From Prevotella sp. (GTDB lineage: Bacteria; Bacteroidota; Bacteroidia; Bacteroidales; Bacteroidaceae), in the NCBI GenBank assembly GCA_018385335.1, contig JAHAZN010000018.1:5839-69838 (forward strand): a stretch of DNA of 64,000 bases, given 5' to 3'. Below are positions 44,784 through 52,608 of the stretch, piece after piece. The position numbers and the translations under genes were made by a program. The notes beneath the pieces were generated by a model. It was given only the letters and a program-made list of their open reading frames with translations, ran no database searches and was not told where the DNA came from. Position 1 is the first letter of the stretch, and every line of letters starts with the position of its first letter.

Positions 44784-45338
44784 ATGGAGAAAATCATCTT
44801 AGGTATCGACCCCGGCACCAACGTCATGGGCTATGGACTCATCAAGGTGGTGGGCAACAAGGCGGAGATGCTCACCATGGGGGTGATAGATCTGCGCAAG
44901 GCGGGAGATGCCTATCTCAAGTTGGGACATATCTTCAAGCGTGTGTCGGCTATCATCGACACCTATCTGCCTGATGAAATGGCTATCGAGGCCCCTTTCT
45001 TCGGAAAGAACGTGCAGTCGATGCTCAAACTCGGGAGGGCACAGGGAACGGCCATAGCAGCGGCCATCAACCACGGTGTACCTATCCACGAATATGCGCC
45101 GACAAAGATCAAGATGGCTATCACCGGTCAGGGGGCTGCTTCGAAAGAACAGGTGGCTGCCATGCTGCAACGACTGATGAAGATAAGCGACAGGGACATG
45201 CAACAGATGACCGACGCCACCGATGCTCTCGGCGCTGCCTATTGTCATTTCCTTCAAGCTGGCAAACCCGAGTCGGACACCCACTATCACGGATGGAAGG
45301 ATTTTATCAACAAGAACAAGGAGAGAGTGTCTAAATAA
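44784..45338 (+). CDS. ruvC: crossover junction endodeoxyribonuclease RuvC
   Basis: 184 aa. ILGIDPGTNVMGYGL and the pattern of acidic catalytic residues are canonical RuvC. Confidence 0.92.
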   Translation: MEKIILGIDPGTNVMGYGLIKVVGNKAEMLTMGVIDLRKAGDAYLKLGHIFKRVSAIIDTYLPDEMAIEAPFFGKNVQSMLKLGRAQGTAIAAAINHGVPIHEYAPTKIKMAITGQGAASKEQVAAMLQRLMKISDRDMQQMTDATDALGAAYCHFLQAGKPESDTHYHGWKDFINKNKERVSK

Positions 45339-45375
45339 TATATAGGTATAAACCACGACAAATACTCTTGTAACA

Positions 45376-46725
45376 ATGCAGACAATCATCAAGATAAAAC
45401 AGGGAACGCCGAGAAAAGAGGAATGGCGCATGGCACAACCCGTGGATTTTGAACTCTGCGAGGGTGAACAGATAGCTGTGATTGGCGACAATGGAAGTGG
45501 CAAATCGATGTTTACTGATATCATCACCGGACGCCATCCACTCTTGCATCAACAGGCTAAATACAACTTCGCTCCCAGCGACAAACCCTTTGTTTCTGAC
45601 AATATAAAACTCGTCACCTTCAGAGACTCCTATGGAGAGAGCGATGCCACATATTTCCTGCAACAGCGATGGAATCAACAGGAGATAGACCCTGAGATGC
45701 CTATGGTCAACGGTCAACCGATTATCTCACTCTCGAGTGGTGAACTGCGCAAATACCAGTTGAACAAAGCGCTGGAGGCGCATCCGCGGGTGCTCATCAT
45801 CGACAACCCGTATATCGGACTCGACACACAAGCTCGTCAACTACTGACAGACACCTTGGAAAAGGTGGTAAAGGGAGGAGAAACACAGCTCATCCTCGTG
45901 GTGGCGAAATGGAAAGATATCCCCCACTTCATCACTCACACCGTGCGCGTGGAGCATGGGGTGGTTCATCCCAAAGAAGCATTCGCCGTTCAAAATGCAG
46001 CCGATACGCCCATTCCCACACGCCCCTTTCTCTCTCCCGAGGAGAGACAACAGGATGAGAAGAAGGCACTCCTACTGTTCAACAACGTATCGATAGGTTA
46101 TGGTGGGCGCATCATACTCCATCAGCTCTCTTGGCAGGTGAACAGAGGCGAGCGATGGGCACTGCGCGGTCCTAACGGCTCGGGGAAGAGCACGTTGCTC
46201 TCGCTTATCTGTGCCGATAACCCTCAGGGCTACGCCGCCGATATCCGCCTCTTCGGTCATCAGCGAGGGAGTGGCGAGAGTATCTGGGAGATAAAGAAAC
46301 ACATCGGTTATGTCTCACCAGAGATGCACCGCGCCTACCGCCATCCGTTACCTGCCCTGGATATTGTGGCGAGCGGAATGCGCGACACCATGGGATTATA
46401 TGGCAAGGTCTCTGCCGAAGAGAAAGAGCAGTGTCGCCATTGGATGGAGGTCTTCGGCATCGAGACGCTAGCAGAGAGACAGTTTCTCCAACTGTCCAGT
46501 GGTGAGCAACGTCTGGTGCTCCTCGCACGCACCTTCGTCAAAGAACCCGACCTGCTCATCCTCGACGAACCGCTCCACGGACTCGACGAGACCAACAGCA
46601 GACGTGCACTCGAGGTGATAGACAACTACTGCACCAAGCAGGATAAAACGCTCATCATGGTGACTCATTACGACGATGAACTGCCCTCGTGTATCCAATA
46701 TGCAATGACGCTCGAGAAACATTAG
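45376..46725 (+). CDS. tandem-ATPase ABC protein without a permease partner (ModF-like)
   Basis: Two NBDs. NBD1 has GDNGSGKS, LSSGE and LIIDNP. NBD2 has GPNGSGKS, LSSGEQ and LILDEP. No membrane domain is adjacent. Confidence 0.8.
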   Translation: MQTIIKIKQGTPRKEEWRMAQPVDFELCEGEQIAVIGDNGSGKSMFTDIITGRHPLLHQQAKYNFAPSDKPFVSDNIKLVTFRDSYGESDATYFLQQRWNQQEIDPEMPMVNGQPIISLSSGELRKYQLNKALEAHPRVLIIDNPYIGLDTQARQLLTDTLEKVVKGGETQLILVVAKWKDIPHFITHTVRVEHGVVHPKEAFAVQNAADTPIPTRPFLSPEERQQDEKKALLLFNNVSIGYGGRIILHQLSWQVNRGERWALRGPNGSGKSTLLSLICADNPQGYAADIRLFGHQRGSGESIWEIKKHIGYVSPEMHRAYRHPLPALDIVASGMRDTMGLYGKVSAEEKEQCRHWMEVFGIETLAERQFLQLSSGEQRLVLLARTFVKEPDLLILDEPLHGLDETNSRRALEVIDNYCTKQDKTLIMVTHYDDELPSCIQYAMTLEKH

Positions 46726-46787
46726 ACCTTTCGTAAAGAGCTCTGCACCTACAAGACACTAATTACAACAAAAAAAACTATCACTCT

Positions 46788-47300
46788 ATGAACATTCAGA
46801 TGATAAAAAGAACACTGTTTCTATCGTTTTTCCTCTGCTGCATCACATTATGTCAGGCACAGGAGGTCTATCTGGAAGTGTTGAGAAATGCTCGCACGCT
46901 TGCCACCGACAGTAAGACCAACCCCACCATCCGACAGATAGCACAGTTTAAGCAGGATGCCCTCGATTATATGCTGGTGAAGATGCGCGAGGTGATGCCC
47001 GACTCCTCCACCATCTTCCTCGACAAGCAGGCCATGGCTCTCAACACCTTCGTCAATTTCTACACCAAGAGCATCATCGAAGCGACAGAAATGCCCGACG
47101 CCTATCAGGTGGAGATACAGAAATGCTTCATGGATGCCTCCTACTCCAACCCGCTCTTCAACGACCCCGAAGAGGATATCACACTGGCTTACTTTGCTAA
47201 GGGCGACTGTCTCACGCGCTTCTCCTTAGACACCGACTGGCGCAAAGCGAACATCGCTGCTATGAAAGGGATGGAACAACTGAAATCAAAAATAAAATAA
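46788..47300 (+). CDS. hypothetical secreted protein
   Basis: 170 aa with a signal peptide (LFLSFFLCCITLCQAQ). It looks helical, and I recognise no family. Confidence 0.45.
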   Translation: MNIQMIKRTLFLSFFLCCITLCQAQEVYLEVLRNARTLATDSKTNPTIRQIAQFKQDALDYMLVKMREVMPDSSTIFLDKQAMALNTFVNFYTKSIIEATEMPDAYQVEIQKCFMDASYSNPLFNDPEEDITLAYFAKGDCLTRFSLDTDWRKANIAAMKGMEQLKSKIK

Positions 47301-47304
47301 GTCA

Positions 47305-47904
47305 ATGATGCCTACACGACAATCAATAAGAGCATGGATGAAGGAGAATCCACGTATCAAGCGTTGGACGGAAATGCTCATCATGAACCCACGCCTCTCC
47401 CGACCTCGATGGTACGTGAGGTGGCTCGCCCCGCTCTATCAACATCGGGGCAGGCACTCCATCATCTACAGCAGTGTGAGGATGGACACCCCACCCTTTC
47501 GCAAATTCAGTCTCGGAGAGGACAGCGTGATAGAGTCGTTTGCCTGTATCAACAATGCCGTGGGCGACATTGTCATAGGTAACCACTCGAGAGTGGGCAT
47601 ACATTCCATCGTCATCGGACCGGTAAGCATCGGCAGTCATGTGCAACTCGCACAGGGGGTGGTCGTCACAGGACTCAACCACATCTTCAGTAATCCGTCG
47701 ATACCCATCGACATGCAAGGGGTGGAGACAAAGATGGTAGAGATAAGCGACGATGTGTGGATAGGTGCCAATGCCACCATTCTCCCCGGTGTGAAAATCG
47801 GACAGCATTGCGTGGTGGCAGCAGGTGCTGTGGTGTGCAGCGATGTGCCCGCTCACTGTGTCGTGGCTGGCGTACCAGCGAAAGTAATCAAACAACTCAA
47901 ATAA
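47305..47904 (+). CDS. hexapeptide-repeat (LbH) acyl/acetyltransferase
   Basis: Shows the left-handed beta-helix repeat pattern (IGNHSRVGIHSIVIGPVSIGSHVQL...VWIGANATILPGVKIGQHCVVAAGAVV). Confidence 0.8.
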   Translation: MMPTRQSIRAWMKENPRIKRWTEMLIMNPRLSRPRWYVRWLAPLYQHRGRHSIIYSSVRMDTPPFRKFSLGEDSVIESFACINNAVGDIVIGNHSRVGIHSIVIGPVSIGSHVQLAQGVVVTGLNHIFSNPSIPIDMQGVETKMVEISDDVWIGANATILPGVKIGQHCVVAAGAVVCSDVPAHCVVAGVPAKVIKQLK

Positions 47905-47905
47905 G

Positions 47906-49036
47906 ATGAAAATTGGAATAGAAGCACAGCGTATCTTCAGAAAACGGAAACATGGCATGGACTATGTAGTACTCGAAGAACTGAAGATGTTACAGAAGAT
48001 AGATACCGTCAACGAGTATGTTGTGTTTGTCAAACCTGGCGAGGACCGCTGTCTGCAGAGCACTCCAAGGATGACGGTGGTGGAGCTCAACTGCCCCTCC
48101 TACCCGCTCTGGGAACAGTGGGCACTGCCAAGGGCGGTGAAGCAATGGGCGGTTGACCTGCTCCACTGTACGAGTAACACCGCGCCCATCTTCTGTCGCG
48201 TACCGCTTATCCTTACGCTGCACGACATCATCTTTCTTGAGAAACGCGACAAGGGCAACAAATCACTTTATCAGAACCTCGGATGGTTCTATCGCCGATG
48301 GGTGGTACCTGCCATCCTCGACAAATGCCGGTATATCATCACCGTCTCCGATTTCGAACGCGACAATATCCTCCGCAAACTTCACCTCGATCCACAAAGA
48401 GTGGTGAGAATCTATAACGGCTACAACACATGGTTTGACGAACGGGAGGAGAACGTCGAGATTGTCAATCGCTACAGTCAGGGAAAAGAGTATTTCTTCT
48501 TCTTCGGCAATACCGACCCCAAGAAGAATACAGAACGTACACTGCTTGCTTATGCACACTATCTTCAGCAGTCGAAGAAAAAACGTTCGCTCCTCCTTGC
48601 CGATTTCTCAGAGAGCCGACTCTCCCAACTGCTCTCCAAGCATCATATAGAGGATATTCGCCCCTATATCCTGCTCAACGATTATATCGAGAACCGTCAT
48701 CTTCCCTTCCTCTACCGCTCTGCCTTCGCAGTGCTCTACACCTCGCTGAGGGAGAGTTTTGGCATCCCACTCCTCGAAGCAATGGCAAGCGGAACTCCTG
48801 TGATAACAAGCAACACTTCGTCGATGCCAGAGATAGGTGGAGATCAGGCAGCACTGGTTGATCCTTGCTGTGTGGAAGCCATCACCACGATGATGTTGCG
48901 ACTGGAAACAGACGATGACTACTATGCGCTACAGCGTCAATGGGGACTGGACCGTGCCGGTCTCTTCTCATGGAAAAAGACAACAGAAGAACTCCTGCTC
49001 ATCTATCAACAAGCATACAATATGATTCACAAGTGA
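47906..49036 (+). CDS. glycosyltransferase family 4 (GT-B)
   Basis: 376 aa. The C-terminal ESFGIPLLEAMASGTPVITSN motif is typical of GT4. It starts 1 nt after the acetyltransferase stop. Confidence 0.8.
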   Translation: MKIGIEAQRIFRKRKHGMDYVVLEELKMLQKIDTVNEYVVFVKPGEDRCLQSTPRMTVVELNCPSYPLWEQWALPRAVKQWAVDLLHCTSNTAPIFCRVPLILTLHDIIFLEKRDKGNKSLYQNLGWFYRRWVVPAILDKCRYIITVSDFERDNILRKLHLDPQRVVRIYNGYNTWFDEREENVEIVNRYSQGKEYFFFFGNTDPKKNTERTLLAYAHYLQQSKKKRSLLLADFSESRLSQLLSKHHIEDIRPYILLNDYIENRHLPFLYRSAFAVLYTSLRESFGIPLLEAMASGTPVITSNTSSMPEIGGDQAALVDPCCVEAITTMMLRLETDDDYYALQRQWGLDRAGLFSWKKTTEELLLIYQQAYNMIHK

Positions 49037-49078
49037 AAAAAAAGCGCTGATTTATTTGGTAGGATAAAATAAAATGCC

Positions 49079-49086
49079 TACCTTTG
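49079..49086 (+). promoter_or_regulatory. -7 promoter box (TAnnTTTG) for tRNA-Cys
   Basis: TACCTTTG lies 16 nt upstream of the mature tRNA 5' end. Confidence 0.6.
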
Positions 49087-49102
49087 CACCGCAAAAAAGA
49101 AT

Positions 49103-49173
49103 GGTACCTTGGCCGATCGGTTAGGTAACGGTCTGCAAAACCGTGTAGGGCAGTTCGACTCTGCCAGGTACCT
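49103..49173 (+). tRNA. tRNA-Cys (anticodon GCA)
   Basis: 71 nt, folded by hand. Acceptor GGTACCT/AGGTACC, anticodon stem ACGGT/ACCGT with loop CTGCAAA, T-arm GGCAG-TTCGACT-CTGCC. No CCA is encoded. Confidence 0.9.
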
Positions 49174-49187
49174 CTCCTCTTTCAAAA

Positions 49188-49218
49188 GCAGAGCGACGCA
49201 AGTCTCCCTGCTTTTTTT
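49188..49218 (+). terminator. rho-independent terminator after tRNA-Cys
   Basis: Imperfect stem GCAGAGCGAC / GTCTCCCTGC closed by a GCAA tetraloop, followed by T7 (49212-49218). Confidence 0.65.
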
Positions 49219-49450
49219 GTGACTTTCTCCCATCGCCGCCTCTCAGTATTGCTATCTCGGTTCCAGCAAAGCTATGCGCCCCCAGAGAATTATCTCCAGC
49301 GCTTGTTGAGCGATTTCAACAACAGGTAGTAATACCTATATACTATAACAATAGCAGCAACAATCACTATCGACTGTAACTGCTATTGCTTCTTGTTGTA
49401 ACACTATGTAGTACTTTTATCATGTGGGCTTTGTCATGACAAATTACGGG

Positions 49451-51706
49451 TCAGTATCTGAACACAAACACTCCATTGTACCCTGACTGCGGGGAAGAGA
49501 CAGAAAGGAGATAGAGGGCGGAAGAGAGGGTGGGAAGCGTGAGGATATGCTCAGAATGGTCGCCTGCTGACAAATGATAGGTATGCAGTTGTCTGCCTTG
49601 CATATCATAGAGACCGACACAGAGTGGAGCAGTAAACGATGATGCTGCACTCAGTCTTACCGTGTTATTATCCATCCTGCTAAAGGTAATGGCATGAGGG
49701 GCTTGAGCTGTCACACCCTCAATAGCATCAACACCTAAGAGTCGGAGCAGACCAGCATAGATATCCATCTCTCCATATCCATATTCGTTGTTGGGATAAG
49801 TGAGTTCCTGCTCTGGATGACGAGACGTTAACTGAAGCAACTCGACAACCTCTTCGGGGGTAAGATCGGGCTTTGCCTGAAGCCATAGAGCAATGCCTCC
49901 TGCCACCACAGGAGTGGCCATCGAAGTACCCGTATTAGCATTCCACGCATAGGTTCTACCATTGTAATCGAAATGAGCAATATCCGACTGAATATCTGAT
50001 GCTTGTGGATTAGCCGCTAAATAAAAACTACTATACGATGAGATGATGTTATTCCCAGGTGCCACCACCTCCGGTTTCAGCCGTCCATCGAGTGTTGGAC
50101 CCACGGATGAGTAGGTAGCCAGCACCCCATCGTTACGTCCCTCTTGAGCGTAGTCTTTGTATTCGTTGAGATAGTTATAGAAACCCGTCCGGTGAATCGT
50201 CGAACCTACGGTGATGACTGATGGAAAACAGCCTGGGGCAAGGATATTATGGGTAGCAGTGGCACCATCCCACCCTTCCTCGCTATTGACAAAAAAGAAA
50301 GAGGAAGAGGAGCAGAGTGCAGACACTGTTGAGGTGGAGCGCAGAAGGAGGCGCAGATGTGAAAGGTTATAGAGATAGTCATTGCTCTGCAGGGAGAGTT
50401 GACAGAAAGGCAGCGATGGTCGCCGGAGAGCCTGCAGGGCGAGATAGCGGTGTCTATCATGCGTCCAGAGCGTATCACACCACAGGGTATCGTTTTCGAG
50501 TGATGAAGAGGAGAACACTACTGTACTGGTGGTTGCCCCTTCACCAACGGAGAGCAAGAACTCAAAGGGTCCGTCAGCAAAGAAGTGCATCACCCCCTGC
50601 TTCTCTCCGCCCATCAGTTGCGCACCTACCTGATACAGGGATGAGGGTTTGCCGAGGTAGGTGGGAACGACCGACTCGTTGCCTGCCGAAGTTACAATGA
50701 TACGTCCGGGACCGACCAACCTACTGAGAAACTCTGCGTATAAGAGATCTTCGTCATCCCACTGCTCATGATAACCCTCGCTGAATGAGATGACGCAGGG
50801 AGCAGAACGACGCTCGGCATAATCGAAGATATACTTAAACCCGAGGGCATCGGTGGCAGTGGTGTAGCGGTAGATATCCGTGGAATCGATGAGTGGCAGG
50901 TCGGTGTTCACGGCATTGGCGACCACACAGAGTTCGCTCTCGTAGGCGACCCCCCGATAAGGACTGTCGTAGCCTCCGCCGGCAGCAATACCCAGGGTGT
51001 GAGTGCCATGACTGATGAGCATGGCATCGCGGGAGTGGGCATAGTCAAGCACCTTCTGCTCACCGACATAGTCGGCTCCTACTGGAAGCGACGTGCCTAC
51101 GGTATCGAGGGAGAGCTGGTCCCAGAATGCACCTACCCTACTCCTGCCTGTCTCCATATCGAGGAAGGTGGGATGGGTGAAGTCGAACCCCACATCCATC
51201 ACCCCCACAACAACACCTTTACCTGTAAACGGATGAGGAGACATTGACGACTGGTAGGCAGGGGTGGCATTCACTATCATCCGGGTTGTATCCATCAGCA
51301 CCTTCCCCGTAGCCCTCGCTTCGATGCGACGCACATCTTCGCGCGTCGCAAGTGATGGCAGCGCGTCGATGGGCAGGAGAGCGACAGCAATATCGCCTAC
51401 CCTACAGCAACATCTTGCACCATGACTGCTGAAGACCTCATCCTCAAAACTGCCGTCGGTCTGAACGAAAGCCATCACCTGAGGAGATGACTGCCCAGAG
51501 CAGAGTGGACGATACTGTCCATCAGCCATAGCGACAGATGGGGGACAGGCAGCGAGTGCCGCGCGTCGCTGGGAGAGAAGGTAGGTGAGATAAGAAGAGA
51601 GTTTGGAGGAAGAAAGATCTCCCGACCCACCCCAAGAGATGGCAGTCCATAGCCACAGGAGAGAGAGGGCAAACACCCTTTGTATGATTGTAGTGAATGA
51701 CGTCAT
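49451..51706 (-). CDS. S8-family (subtilisin-like) serine peptidase with T9SS C-terminal sorting domain
   Basis: 751 aa with a signal peptide. The catalytic triad contexts are VGVMDVGFD, HGTHTLGIAAGGG and GTSMATPVVAGG. The C-terminal ~80 aa (...LYDMQGRQL...ALYLLSV...GVFVFRY) resembles a Por/T9SS CTD. Confidence 0.85.
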   Translation of the reverse strand: MTSFTTIIQRVFALSLLWLWTAISWGGSGDLSSSKLSSYLTYLLSQRRAALAACPPSVAMADGQYRPLCSGQSSPQVMAFVQTDGSFEDEVFSSHGARCCCRVGDIAVALLPIDALPSLATREDVRRIEARATGKVLMDTTRMIVNATPAYQSSMSPHPFTGKGVVVGVMDVGFDFTHPTFLDMETGRSRVGAFWDQLSLDTVGTSLPVGADYVGEQKVLDYAHSRDAMLISHGTHTLGIAAGGGYDSPYRGVAYESELCVVANAVNTDLPLIDSTDIYRYTTATDALGFKYIFDYAERRSAPCVISFSEGYHEQWDDEDLLYAEFLSRLVGPGRIIVTSAGNESVVPTYLGKPSSLYQVGAQLMGGEKQGVMHFFADGPFEFLLSVGEGATTSTVVFSSSSLENDTLWCDTLWTHDRHRYLALQALRRPSLPFCQLSLQSNDYLYNLSHLRLLLRSTSTVSALCSSSSFFFVNSEEGWDGATATHNILAPGCFPSVITVGSTIHRTGFYNYLNEYKDYAQEGRNDGVLATYSSVGPTLDGRLKPEVVAPGNNIISSYSSFYLAANPQASDIQSDIAHFDYNGRTYAWNANTGTSMATPVVAGGIALWLQAKPDLTPEEVVELLQLTSRHPEQELTYPNNEYGYGEMDIYAGLLRLLGVDAIEGVTAQAPHAITFSRMDNNTVRLSAASSFTAPLCVGLYDMQGRQLHTYHLSAGDHSEHILTLPTLSSALYLLSVSSPQSGYNGVFVFRY

Positions 51707-51725
51707 TGTTACATGAATTGCACGT

Positions 51726-51733
51726 CAAAAATA
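51726..51733 (-). promoter_or_regulatory. -7 promoter box (TAnnTTTG) for the S8 peptidase
   Basis: The reverse complement reads TATTTTTG, about 20 nt upstream of the ATG at 51706. Confidence 0.5.
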
Positions 51734-51829
51734 CATCAAATCTCTCACATCACCAACAAAGGATATTATTTTCTTCAAAAAAGAACAAAAAAGTGAGGAC
51801 GAACCAATGTATATTCATCACTTTTTTTG

Positions 51830-51837
51830 TACCTTTG
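51830..51837 (+). promoter_or_regulatory. -7 promoter box (TAnnTTTG) for the NifU-like/GGGtGRT pair
   Basis: TACCTTTG lies 56 nt upstream of the ATG at 51894. Confidence 0.6.
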
Positions 51838-51893
51838 CACAAGCTAAGTTTAGAACGAATTCATTATTCACATTTTAACCAAAAGCAAAGAAT

Positions 51894-52559
51894 ATGCAGT
51901 ATTCTAATGAAGTCAACAACATGTGCGTTGTTGCCAAAGGTCCTAATCATGGTCCCGCCCCCATTCCCGAAGAAGGAAAATGGATTCAGGCAAAAGAGAT
52001 TAAAGACATCTCAGGTTATACCCACGGTGTGGGTTGGTGTGCTCCTCAGCAGGGTGCTTGCAAGCTCTCTCTTAACATTAAGGAAGGTGTCATCCAGGAG
52101 TGCCTTGTTGAGACTATCGGCTGTACAGGTATGACTCACTCTGCTGCTATGGCATCAGAGATTCTCCCTGGCAAGACCATCCTCGAAGCGCTCAACACCG
52201 ACCTCGTTTGTGACGCTATCAACACTGCCATGCGTGAGCTCTTCCTCCAGATTGTCTATGGTCGCAGCCAGAGTGCCTTCTCTGAGGGTGGTTTGGTTAT
52301 CGGCGCCGGACTGGAAGACCTTGGCAAGGGATTGCGCAGTCAGACTGGTACACTCTACGGTACAGTGGCTAAGGGTACACGTTATCTGGAGCTTACCGAG
52401 GGTTACATCACAAAGATGTTCCTCGACAAGGACAACCAGGTATGTGGTTACGAGTATGTTCACCTCGGCAAGATGATGGAAGCCATCAAGGCTGGTATGG
52501 ATGCCAACGAGGCTGTGAAGAAGTTCACTGGAAGCTATGGTCGCACCAAGGCTGAGTAG
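51894..52559 (+). CDS. IscU/NifU-N-like iron-sulfur scaffold homolog with ~100-aa C-terminal extension
   Basis: 221 aa. Three Cys lie in IscU-like contexts (PQQGACKL; VETIGCTGMTHSAAMAS; LVCDAINTAMRE). The extra C-terminal domain has no function I recognise. Confidence 0.65.
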   Translation: MQYSNEVNNMCVVAKGPNHGPAPIPEEGKWIQAKEIKDISGYTHGVGWCAPQQGACKLSLNIKEGVIQECLVETIGCTGMTHSAAMASEILPGKTILEALNTDLVCDAINTAMRELFLQIVYGRSQSAFSEGGLVIGAGLEDLGKGLRSQTGTLYGTVAKGTRYLELTEGYITKMFLDKDNQVCGYEYVHLGKMMEAIKAGMDANEAVKKFTGSYGRTKAE

Positions 52560-52592
52560 GGAATTGTGAAGAGTATTGACCCACGTAAAGAA

Positions 52593-52600
52593 TAAGGAGG
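52593..52600 (+). promoter_or_regulatory. canonical Shine-Dalgarno sequence (TAAGGAGG) for the GGGtGRT gene
   Basis: TAAGGAGG ends 8 nt before the ATG at 52609. Only one other of the starts I inspected in this window (serS) has an SD-like element. Confidence 0.6.
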
Positions 52601-52608
52601 AACAGACG

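Noticed and set aside
44799-45527. 242-aa minus-strand ORF spanning ruvC and the start of the ABC gene.
   Set aside because: It is antisense to two well-supported genes and bridges their spacer, so it is a shadow ORF.
49037-49450. tRNA-Cys as the attachment site of an integrated element.
   Set aside because: There is no integrase or recombinase gene and no direct repeat of the tRNA 3' end in the flanking 277 nt. The flanking genes look like native envelope and secretion genes with composition similar to the rest of the window.
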